Source of the DNA: Felis catus
Taxonomy: Eukaryota
Length of the DNA: 64,000 nt
Reading direction: 5' to 3'
Assembly (NCBI RefSeq): GCF_018350175.1
Contig: NC_058382.1
Location: 58,468,001-58,532,000 of the forward strand
The notes under the pieces were generated by a model. That model was given only the letters and a program-made list of their open reading frames with translations. It was not told the DNA's origin and did no database searches. Both the position numbers and the translations under genes were made by a program. This document shows positions 38,432 to 48,640 of this stretch, one piece after another (position 1 is the stretch's first letter; each line of letters begins with the position of its first letter).

Positions 38432-38541
38432 TTTTTTTTTTTTTTATTTATTTAAGTGATCTCTACACCCAGTGCGGAGCTCGAACTCATGACCCTGAGA
38501 TCGAGTCACGTGTTCTTGCTGTTGAGCCAGCCAGGCGCCCC
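38432..38541 (-). mobile_element. Short carnivore SINE with degenerate TSD
   Basis: ctggaatcatgatctt and ctgcaatcaggatctt flank the element. Confidence 0.82.
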
Positions 38542-39518
38542 TGCAATCAGGATCTTAAACTTGCAAGGGACCTGAGTAGTTTGGATTAAGTCGCTCTCTC
38601 CTGATGACGCCGGAGCACTTCCCGCAAAAAAACTGCCACAGCCGGGAAAGCACCTGTTCCCTCCGCGGTCCCCCGGGGGAGAGGTAGCTCCCCAACGTCA
38701 TCCCATGTTCAGAGGGCTTGTGAAAACACAGCTCACCCATTACGTGGACTGCAGTGGACGCGGAAGCAAGTCCTGCCACTGGCACACAGCCCCACATGCC
38801 ACAGAGGTCGGAAAGAAGGTCACGTGAGGACTGTTGTCAAGTTTTCCACCCTGTCTCTTAGGACCAGTGTGAAGACGGGCTTCTGGCTCACTGTTTTCAA
38901 TGTCTCTTTGAATCCTCAGAGCCTATGGCTCTACGCAGAGGTAAATAAATAACCACCGTCGTGCTATTCCCCCCCCCCGCCGTGCTTAGTCGTATGTTTA
39001 TCAGAGAGATAATTATTGCAAGTCTACAAAGGTAGCTCAGAGACGGGCTGGATCAACTCGTTCTAGATTATTAAGCACTGCTGGTCGAGCGAGCGGGGTC
39101 CTGGCCCCAGCCCGAATGTACTACGCGCCCCGTGTTACTTACGCATATTAAAATTTAAAGACTTTCATCTACATTACATGTCAGAATCGATAGTTTTGGT
39201 AAAGCGGTATTTCCTTGCAGTAGCCCCAAATGGGATAGATATTTTTGATCTGTGCTTAGAACCCGTTTACTCCAAAAAGCTCTTCTTTTCAATGAGTGTC
39301 TCAATTGGTGTGAATATAAAGTTTATATTTGAAAGGCAAAAAAAAAAAAATCAAATGTTTAATGCAAATTCTTTAAAGTTTTATATGCTTGCCCTCGCTC
39401 CTTTGGAGGGTGGTTATGACTTAGTGCATAGCACATTGAAAGGATAATATATAGTAAATAATGTATAATAAACATCCAGGAAGTGAATAAACAGTGCATT
39501 TAAAAGTAATGGATTTTA

Positions 39519-39761
39519 GGGGCACCTGCGTGGCTCAGTCGGTTGAGCATCTGACGTTGGCTCAGGTCATGATCTCACAGTCCATAGTCTGTGGGTTCGA
39601 GCCCTGCATCCGGCTCCGTGCTGACAGCTCAGAGCCTGGAGCCTGCTTCAGATTCTGTGTCTCCGTCTCTCTGCCTCTCCCCTGCTTGTGCTCTGTCTCT
39701 CCCTCTCTCAAAAAATACACAAAAACATAAAAAAATAAATAAATAAAAACATAAAAAAAAA
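39519..39761 (+). mobile_element. Carnivore SINE with TSD
   Basis: Flanks aaaagtaatggattttagg and aaaagtaatgggttttagg. Confidence 0.92.
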
Positions 39762-40419
39762 GTAATGGGTTTTAGGGTAAAAACAAACAGAGACTTATCT
39801 CAGATTTTTGTCATCCTTCCGGGGTAAAGAAATAAATTGGGGGCAGTATTAGCGACTGGTAAATAATCATCGAACTCCACCTTGAACAAATAGACCGATT
39901 GATTCACTTAAAAGAGAAACTGCTTATAAGGACATGGGCTCAAAGTTCACATCCCTAGAGCAGATGAGTTGTGTCCAGGTTCTGAATATTTCCTTCCCAA
40001 GGCCCTTGAGTCAGCCCCGATTCGGCACCTTGAAGAAATCCCCCTCTTAGGGAAAGACAGCCTCTTACACGGAAAAAAGATTGACCTCTTGCGTGTGCCC
40101 ACACGCGCACAGATGCACACACACGCCCTGTGTGTTTAACAACCTGATACACTGCAGCCATCTGTTCTGTGCTGGGTGCACTAATGCACGAATCTTTCCC
40201 TTATCTGCCTGGATAAAGTCCAAGTAGTCTGGCCTTCTCAGGCAGAGCTCAGACTTCCTGCACTGTGGGCCCAGGGCCGCCTGTGCACACCGTCGGGTCT
40301 TTGTTCTGACCTCGCCAAGGTCTGTCGGGCGTCTCGGCTTGAGCCAACATCCCTGTCACTTGCTCGCAGGTTGTGAGTGGCCCCTCTGCCACTGTAGTCA
40401 CCTGGAACACAGCAGGACG

Positions 40420-41130
40420 GATTTTCCGTACGTTCACGGCCATGTGCACCCCCCACCCCCAGACCAAGGTGTCGATGGCTCCCTGGTGACTCATCCCCAT
40501 CAAGTCCCGCTCAAGCCCCGCCCCCATGCCACCCTCCCCCCCCCCCCCCCGAGGTGACCTCTATTCTGACCTCTGCCACCTTAGCCTGTTCCTGAACTCG
40601 TGCACACGAAAGCACACACCGTTGCTCTGGCTTCTTTCACTCAGCGTCGTGTCTGTGAGCCGCGTCCTCGCTGCCGACTGGAGTGACAGTGTGCTCTTTC
40701 TCTCTGTGACGCGCCGGGTCATCTGCGCGCAGCCCCGTCGGGATCCGGGCTGCCTCCGTCCGACACTGGGTGTTATTCTGCGTGAAGCTGCACTGAAGTC
40801 TCTGGCACGTGGGTTTTGGTGGACGCGCTCCCTGCGCTCATTTCTCCTGGGGACAGATTTAAAAGGAGAAGTTCTGGGCACGGGTTCCACCTGTGTTTTG
40901 CAAAGCCATCTCGCCAGGTTGCGCTCCCGCCAGCCGCGCATCATCGCCCTCATCCTTCCCCGTCTCTCCCGACGCCCGGATTGTCGGTCTCTTTATAATT
41001 TTGGCTGTTCCGGCGGGTGTATAGGGGTGTCTTGCTGTGGGTTTTGATTCGCGTTTCCCTGGCCGACGACTCTGTCCAGCTTCTCGTGTGCTGTGTGGCT
41101 ACTTACTTGGTTAGTGCAGTGGCTGTTTGA
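40420..41130 (-). mobile_element. Old L1 3' fragment, GC-shifted
   Basis: ctggcttctttcactcagc, ctcatttctcctgggg, ttgctgtgggttttgattcgcgtttccctg motifs. Confidence 0.6.
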
Positions 41131-41884
41131 TCTTTCTCTTCGCTTCATGTGTCCCGTCTCTTGACAGACGCACGTGTGAAGGTCAGAGCGCGAACATGAC
41201 TTTCCGTGTTAGCGAGACTTCATCTCGATAGTCTTAGAAGAAGGGCTGATTCAAATGTGTCCTTTGTTTCGTGCCCACACAAACCACTTCACATCAAGGA
41301 GCTCTCGCAAAGGGGATCAGCCTTGTGCCAGGAAGTCACGTTCCTTTTACAAAGCCTGAGCGCCTGCCGGGGCTCCGGGGCATTAAAACGTGTCGCACGA
41401 AGACCGCTAGAGACACAGGTCCGGGCACTACGCTGTCACCGCGTCCGCCATGTGTCACAACAGAGCAGTTTTCTGTAACAGCCAAGCGGAGAGTTAACTA
41501 GGGGGCCGACTCACAGATGATAAAGTGCATTTCCACACAGCTGTTCCCACTGCCTTTCTCCGAAAACGGCCTGTGACGTCTGGCGGCACAGAAGGTCCAG
41601 GCACCCAACCGCCTCTGCTTTGGAGTGGAGATGGAATCTCTCTCTTACTGGTGCTTAGGACTTCTTTCTATTCTAGACAAAAGTCATTTCGTGAAAATGG
41701 GCGTGGTGAGTTTCTGGGCTCGCTTCATGCCGTCTCATAACGAACGTGAACTCCCGATTTTAGTGAAGCCCCGTGCATCTAGCGTTTCGTTCATGGCTTT
41801 GTTGCTTTCTCTGTCCTGTCGGAGGACCCTTTGCCTGCACCTACCCTCCCCCCCCCAACTGTTTTCTTGCTTGTTAGATTATTT

Positions 41885-42090
41885 AAAAAATTTTTTTTAA
41901 CATTTATTTATTATTGAGAGACAGAGTGTGAGCAGGGGAGGGGCAGAGAGAGAGGGAGACAGAATCCGAAGCAGGCTCCAGGCTCTGAGCCATCAGCACG
42001 GAGCCCGACGTGGGGCTCGAACTCACGAACCTCGAGATCGTGACCTGAGCCGAAGTCGGACCCTAATCGACTGAGCCGCCCAGGCGCCCC
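41885..42090 (-). mobile_element. Carnivore SINE with 14-bp TSD
   Basis: TSD TTGTTAGATTATTT at 41871-41884 and 42101-42114. Confidence 0.92.
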
Positions 42091-42879
42091 ACTGAGACAA
42101 TTGTTAGATTATTTTTAGCAAGCATCCTGTCCTGCCGGCGCTATGCTTCTGACCCACGGCCCGCCGCACCCCCGGCACGTTGTGTTTTCTTTAAAGCCTT
42201 TCTTTCGTATCCACCCAGATGAATATTCTTCTGACTGTCCTGCTCCTCAGCCCGTGTGTCTGGTGCTATTTGGCTGGCCATTCACAGTTTTTGCAATTAA
42301 CCAGCCTTTCGACGATTTGGCCTTGCCTGTCTTGGAGGAGAGCAGTCATGGCCTTGTGTGGATGTGGTCTTAAACAGAAAGTTCAATTCAGAGTCAGTAT
42401 CACATCCTGAAGGGGCTCAACTCCGTTAGAGTCATTGTTTATTGGTCTCACGGAAACACGCCCTCAGGAAAAAAAATCCGACGTGGTCCTTGTTTCCTAA
42501 GCCCAGGGCTGTACTTGGGGGGCAGTGGGGTGAAGCCTGGGAAGCCAGAGAAGCTAGAGAGGCACATCGGGGTCCCCGTGGCCGGCAGACGCAGCTGGCA
42601 GCCAGCAGGCCCCACGCAGCGTAGGCGATGCCGGCGAAGGAGAGAGGCCCTCCCCGGAGGCCTTCCTCCCACCTGCCTTCACTCCCGCCTGTCCTGCGAG
42701 CTGCGCCCCTGGGCGACGGGAGAAAACGCAACTCACCCTTGTTCACAAGTAAATGCAGGCAGCTGGTAGCAGGGACACAGCCACGGGCGCCTTTGGAGTA
42801 AGTGTGGCAGCTTTTGCGTGTCAGAAGCCCCTCAGAATTGGGAGCGTGTGCGGAAGTGAGCGGACGCGGCAGGGCTGAG

Positions 42880-43375
42880 ACCGTGGGCCCCAGGAAGGCC
42901 TGTTGGCAAGGTCGTTCCTCGGCCGGCATCCGGGATTCGGGGAGGGTCCCCCACTCCCAGAACCGACAAGAGTGGCTCCCTGTGCCAACACTGTGCAAAC
43001 GGTGTGGCTGGTGGTGAACACCTGCTCCTCTCCTGGGAGGCCGGGATTTGGGCACGTGCCAGGCAGAGGTGGGCGCACACGGGACCGGCCCCCCGATGAA
43101 ACCCCGGGCACTGAGCCCCCACCGAGTATCGTTGGGGGATGCCACGTCACACTTGCTGTCACAGCGCATTGCTGGGGAATTGAGTGTGTCCTGTGTGACC
43201 CTAGGGAGAGGGCTCCGGAAGCTGGCCCCTGTTCCCCCAGACCTTGCCCATGTGCCTTTGCAGATCGTGCTGTATGTCCTGTCCTTAGAATATCCTGGCC
43301 GTGAGTGCAACTCTGTGCTGAGTTCGTGAGTCCTTCCAGTGAAGTACCACAACCGAGGGTTCTTGGAGACACTCA
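42880..43375 (+). mobile_element. ERVL-class LTR (MER21/MER68/MER77-like)
   Basis: ggcacgtgccaggcagagg...gtcctgtgtgacc...gtgagtccttccagtgaa...cttggagacac; related to 4360-4800. Confidence 0.6.
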
Positions 43376-43708
43376 GCTAAGAGGAGTGTAAAAAAAAAAC
43401 TCTCCTAGAGCACAAAGACAAAAGAATGTTCTTCCAGCTTTCTCTCCTCTTGTCGCCCGAGACCACCTCTTGTCTGTCTAAGGCCCCCCCCCGCCCAATT
43501 CAGGGCTGTGCTAAGTAGGCGTGCTAAACCAGAGCAAGGTTTTATTCTTTATCTTAAGGAGAATTCAGCGCAATCGTTCATAAATGTGTCCCACAAATTA
43601 TGTTATAAAGACTTCCGTGTGGCTGGAGTCCAGTGCGTTTAAAATGAGGGTCAAAGGCTGGAGGGAAAAAAAAAAAAAAGGTTAGGCTTGAGTCGGATTT
43701 TAGGGATA

Positions 43709-44558
43709 GTGTGGCAGGCAGAGTAATGGCCCCAAAGACACCTGGGTCCTAATCTGTGGAGCCTGGGAACGTGTCATTTTACACAGCAAAGGGAAAGTCA
43801 GTTTGCAGATGGGATTGAAGGTACTAATCAGCTGGGTGGGGACAGTGTCCTCAGGTGGGGACGGTGTCCTGGATGACGCCGGTGGGAAATGCATGTGTAC
43901 CTGGTGTCATCACAGGGCACTTAAATGTGGGAGAGGAATGTCTTAGCTTCTTGGGCCTGCTATGACAAAACACGCACACTGGGTGGCTTATCTACAGCAC
44001 AGATTGGTCTCTCGCAGTTCTGGGGGCTGGAAAATCCACCCTCAAGGTGCTGGCAGGTTCCGTGTCTGGTGAGGGCCCGCTTCCTAGACGGCTGCCTCCT
44101 CTGTGTCCTCCCACGGCAAGGAGGGAGGGAAGTCCCTGGAGTCCTTTCACGAGGGCCCTACTCCCGTTCACGAGGGCCCCGCCGTCACGGCCCCATCACC
44201 TCCGCAAAGCTTCACCTCCTAATGCAACTGAGGGGTTATCCTAATAGGAGGGGCTATCTCGCCTCGTAATCACCGTGGGGTGAGGATTTCAGCGCATGAA
44301 TTTTGGGTGACAAGGGAGGCAGAAGAAAAGGGCAGAGTGATGGGATGTGGCTTTCAAGATGGAGGAAAGGGCCCCAAGGCCAGAACACGGCTGGAAGAAG
44401 CTGGAAAGACACAGGAACGCAGCTCCGTGGACGCTTTGATCTTAGTCCCCCGAGACCTGGGCTGGATTTCTGACGCCCAGAACTGCAAGATAATAAATGT
44501 GTGCTGTTTTAAGCCTTTAGTTATTGGTGATGTTACAGCAGACACAGGAAATGAATAG
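43709..44558. mobile_element. MLT1 LTR with an oppositely oriented MST/MLT1A-like LTR nested at about 43939-44310
   Basis: Outer tgtggcaggcagagtaatggcccc...aataaatgtgtgctgttttaagcc...acaggaaatgaata; inner tgtcttagc...ctgctatgacaaaa...atgaattttggg. Confidence 0.7.
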
Positions 44559-45029
44559 AGATTTGGAGATTTTTTTAGTGTGTTTAGGTAGATGATGAAC
44601 AGTACAAGGCACAGGCTGGGGGCTGTGACCCGCTCATCAGACGTGCTCGGTGCCACGACCAGTAGGTCTCCCTTGCCCGGTAGGTTTCCAGAACAGGAGT
44701 TAGAGCCCCCGCCCCAGGCTTTCTCAGGAGGGAGTTGACACCTGTCCTCCCAGCGAGCACATTTCCGAGCTGTCTTGAACCCTCCTCTCTAAGCCTGGCT
44801 TGGAAAGTGCAAAGGTGGACACTGGAAAATGAAAATCTCCCCCCCTGAGAAATCTCTCCACCAGTTCCCTTACTGAGCCCGCCCCCTCCCTGGCGCCCCC
44901 CACGGTCTCACCAACCCTCGCTAATCCTAAGAGGCAGGCGTGACTAGGCTGAACCATGCGAAACTGCCCTTTCTGTAGAGCAGAAAGCAACTGGATATCA
45001 GCGATTTCAAATGATGTAACATAACAGTA

Positions 45030-45150
45030 TCATCAGCGCCATTATACAGACGAGGAAACTGAAGCTTAGGAGGGTTAACTCCTCTGCTCAAGGTCACACG
45101 TTTAGTAAGCCAGGAACTTGGGATCTGAACCGGGGCCCGGCTGCACAATG
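45030..45150. mobile_element. MIR fragment
   Basis: ccattatacagacgaggaaactgaagcttag...ctcaaggtcacac...gggatctgaacc. Confidence 0.75.
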
Positions 45151-45235
45151 TGCTGTTCTGACCGCGTTGGCAGGCTGCGACCCAGGGAGAGGATTCAGGT
45201 CAGATGATGTAAGAGGTGATTTTGGAAGGGTATGG

Positions 45236-45462
45236 TTTTTATAATTTATTTATTTGATTACTTATTTAAATGTTTATTTTTGAGAGAGAGAGAGAGAGGA
45301 CACGAGAGTCGGGGGAGGGGGGCCACGAAGAGGCGGGGACAGAGGATCCGAACCAGGCTCTGTGGTGACAGCAGCGAGCCCGACGCGGGGCTCGAACTCA
45401 CAAACTGTGAGATCGTGACCTGAGCCGAAGTCGGACACTTAATTGAGCCACCCAGGCGCCCC
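45236..45462 (-). mobile_element. Carnivore SINE with 12-bp TSD
   Basis: TSD AGGGTATGGTTT at 45227-45238 and 45466-45477. Confidence 0.9.
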
Positions 45463-47544
45463 AGGAGGGTATGGTTTCTAGATGCCAAGATGAACATCTA
45501 GACGTGCTGTGAAGCCACAGGGAGTCCATCCTGGAGGGAGAGGCTTCAGCAGGGGGAACGGGTGGGACACGCAGAGACACGGAGGACGAAGGTGCCCACG
45601 GCTGTGGCAGAGACCAGGGTGAAGTCTACCTGGATTATGGGGTGCTGGCAGGTCACCGGAGAGGAAGGAATGGTCAGAGACTCTTTTTTTTTTTGGGTCT
45701 TCGGTCCGTGGCACCGTATCTAACCCACAGCCGTGGCTCAATAAATGCTCATTAAGTAAGAACAGAGCTAAACAGCTAAGGTTAGAAATTGTCGCTAGGC
45801 AGTGAGGAATTACCACGGTGAAAATACGGGTTTCAGGAGCAGTTTTACGCAAGCTCGTGTATTGTGAACGGCTCCCGTAATGTATACAGTGACACCTACC
45901 GCCAGTAATGCATGCTGTGACGGTTCCGGGGCTGACTTCTCTATATTTGTGTGCCCCTGTCTTTACCCAACTGGAGTGTTGAGCACACATCTTTGTGTGG
46001 TGGGCAGCACTGATCGGTCAGTAACTCTGGGTAGCTTAAGGGGCACGTTTGTGAAAAGGTAGGACTATAAACATCCATGCAGCCTCTTTAAAGCATTTCT
46101 GAGCTCGGGAAGCTTGTCCCACATCCTAACAGACATATCAAAATACTCCCACAAAATTATCCAACTACTCTTAAGGAATTTGAGCTTTGAAAAAATAGCT
46201 TTCACTTGAAATTATTTGGTGACAGGGAACTCATCTAATTTTTGATTGCTATGACTTCCTGGCAATCATGGTGTCAGGAAATTCTTACCAAGTGATTTCT
46301 AACTTACATGTGGTTTTCAAAGACGATGGAATGTTTATCAGTTAATAAATTACAATTTGATGTTGGCACATTATGTTTTGGGGGCTTTTCTTTGAGCGTT
46401 TAGTAATTTCAAACTGGCAGCGTACTTTTTGCATTTTGGGGCCAATAAAATTTCTTTTTCAGGCTCAAACATTTCTATAGGTTCTTGAAAAGCCTAATGA
46501 ATAAATGGCTCGGAAAACACCGATGCTTGTGTATTAGTGGCCGATGAGGCCATGGAAACCAATGAAGGCTCTCCTTCTTCTCTATATAAGGCTGCCCCAG
46601 ACCTGAGTGTGGGGAAACGTGTCTTTTTTCCTTCTGTCTTCGAGGGTTTTCTTTGTCATTTCCGTCACCACTGTTGCCCCCCCACTGCACTCCCATATAT
46701 AGTAAATGCCAGCTTACATCCACAAGGGGCTGGAAACTGGACACAGACCCACAGAGGACCCTGCCTCAACACAAGTGACATTTTCTGGGGAAAATAATTT
46801 ATGATGAAAATTTCCCTAATTGGACATTCTAGCACTAGTATGCTAGACAGTCCTGTTTTTATTTCTGATTTTCAGAGGTCAGTGGTTTCGGATACCTTTT
46901 TAGCTGGGCACTTTTTTTTTTTTTTTTTTAAACACTCCCGGTCAATTGCAAGCATTTGTCATCTAGGACCAGGTCTATAAGTAGACACATGTCGGATGTA
47001 AGGTTGGCCATTGTTTGAACATGTTATTAGGGGCTTCCTCCGGGTGGCGGATGCCTCCCACGCAGCTCACAGAGATGATAGCCTGACCAGGGCTGGGTGG
47101 GCACCCTGGGGGTCACTCTGCAGGGACCCACAGGCCGTCTGCAGCATTGACCTCTGGGCCCCCACCATCCCAGCCGTGACTTCCACTGACCTCTGCCGTC
47201 TGACACCCATCATAAATCCCAGAGCCCTGACTCTGGAATCTGAACCCGGCCCCGGCCCCAGCCCCACCGTGTCCTGAAGGCCGCCATCTGACCCTCGCCC
47301 CAGCCCCGACGTGTCCTCACCTCCGCGGTATGACCCCAGCATCGCCCCGAGAACCTGGCAGCGCCTTGACTTCCGCCATCTGACACCCACCGCCCGCCCT
47401 GCCCTCGGCCTGGGCGCGTGGACGCCCCCGAGTCCCCTCGGGAATTCCTGCGGACACCCCCCGTCCCGCGCCGCCCCCGGGACCCCCGGCGGGGACCCCG
47501 GAAGGGCACCCGGGCCGTCAGCGGCCGCCCCTGCGCAAAGTGAT

Positions 47545-47553
47545 TTCTCGGAA
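47545..47553 (+). promoter_or_regulatory. GAS (STAT1) element, the IFN-gamma response element of the IRF8 promoter
   Basis: TTCTCGGAA within AGTGATTTCTCGGAAAG, matching the recalled ICSBP palindromic IFN response element, about 200 bp upstream of exon 1. Confidence 0.9.
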
Positions 47554-47589
47554 AGCTGAGCGCTTCGAAGAAGGCGGGCCGGAGGGGCC

Positions 47590-47662
47590 GCGCCCATTGG
47601 GCGGTCCTGGCGGCGCGTCCGCGCCCATTGGGCCACCCGGGAGGCCCCGCAGCGCCCATTGG
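47590..47662 (-). promoter_or_regulatory. Three inverted CCAAT (NF-Y) boxes
   Basis: GCGCCCATTGG at 47590, 47621 and 47652. Confidence 0.75.
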
Positions 47663-47749
47663 CCTGCGCGGCCGTCGCTCGGCGCCCCGGGCCCGCCCCC
47701 CGTCCCTACACTCGCGCGGGCGCCCGAGCCCGAGGCCGCATCCCTGGAG

Positions 47750-47821
47750 CGCGGCGGCGAGCGTGGGAACGCGGGCGGCGGCGCCGAAGGCGGGCGGAGG
47801 GCCGGGCGCGCGCGGCGGCAG
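47750..47821 (+). other. IRF8: IRF8 exon 1 (non-coding 5' UTR); start approximate
   Basis: GAGCGTGGGAACGCGGGCGGC...CGGCGGCAG resembles the recalled human IRF8 5' UTR. Donor CAG|GTAGGC at 47821/47822, inside the CpG island downstream of the GAS and CCAAT boxes. Confidence 0.8.
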
Positions 47822-48432
47822 GTAGGCGGCTGGGCGGGAGCGGGCCCAGGCTGCGGGCCGGCCCGGCTCTGTCTCTCCTCCCCCTCTGCTGGTCCTCCGG
47901 AGCCCAAACCCAAAGTCCAGGCGTTGAGCATGGGGTGGCCGCTCCCTAAATGGCTGATGCTTGACAAAAAATAATCCCACTTTTCTTAAAATCTGGTTTG
48001 CCCGGAAAACTTTAGAATGGCCTGTCTAACGAGGGGAAGTATTGACCCCTTTATTGGCAAGAGCTGCCCCTGGGTCTCGCCCAAGTCCTGCTGCCTGGAG
48101 GAACGCTTGGAGGGTCACGACCCAGAAACTGCCCGGAAACTCGCCGAGGCTGTGTGCCCTGCATTGTGGAGGGGTGCGCCCTGGGGTTTTCTTCTGCCTG
48201 CTGACAGTTAGGATTTATGAGTGGGTTTGCGGCCCTTTGCTCCTGTCATAGCCCAGTGGTCCCTGGCGAGAAAGGCTGTGTAGGGCTCACAGCAAACGGG
48301 AGCATTTTGGTGTATAAGCTCCAGGGCCAAGGGGAGACTTTCTCAGGTGAGGTATGTTGCTTCCCCAAGGTTGTGGAGGGTGTTGTGAATGGAAACTGGA
48401 GACTGAATTTTCCAGAACTTCAGACTATCCCT

Positions 48433-48640
48433 GGGGGCACCTGGGTGGCTCAGTGGGTTAAGCATCTGACTTCGGCTCAGGTCATGATCTCATGGTTCCT
48501 GAGTTGGAGCCCTGCATCTGGCTCTGTGCTGACAGCTCAGGGCCTGGAGCGTGCTTGGGATTCTGTGTCTGCCTCTCCCCTGCTCGTGCGCGCGCTCTCT
48601 CTCTCTCTCTCTCAAAAATAAACATTAAAAAACCCAAAAC
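48433..48640 (+). mobile_element. Carnivore SINE in IRF8 intron 1
   Basis: GGGGCACCTGGGTGGCTCAG head, CT tract, A tail. Confidence 0.9.

Larger units (their letters stand above)
47280..47900. promoter_or_regulatory. IRF8: CpG-island promoter of IRF8
   Basis: Very high GC and CpG density, GC boxes (GGGCGG/CCGCCC), no TATA near exon 1, kB-like GGGAATTCC at 47440-47448. Confidence 0.9.

Noticed and set aside
42432..43372. 306-aa and 183-aa minus-strand ORFs
   Set aside because: They overlap an LTR relic in GC-rich, stop-poor DNA and show no domain-like sequence.
4360..43375. Long-range inverted similarity between about 4.4-4.8 kb and 42.9-43.4 kb
   Set aside because: Two diverged copies of the same LTR family in opposite orientation, not the ends of one element or a recent inversion.
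47067..47980. Antisense ORFs over the promoter
   Set aside because: CpG-island artefact. Antisense transcription cannot be judged from sequence alone.
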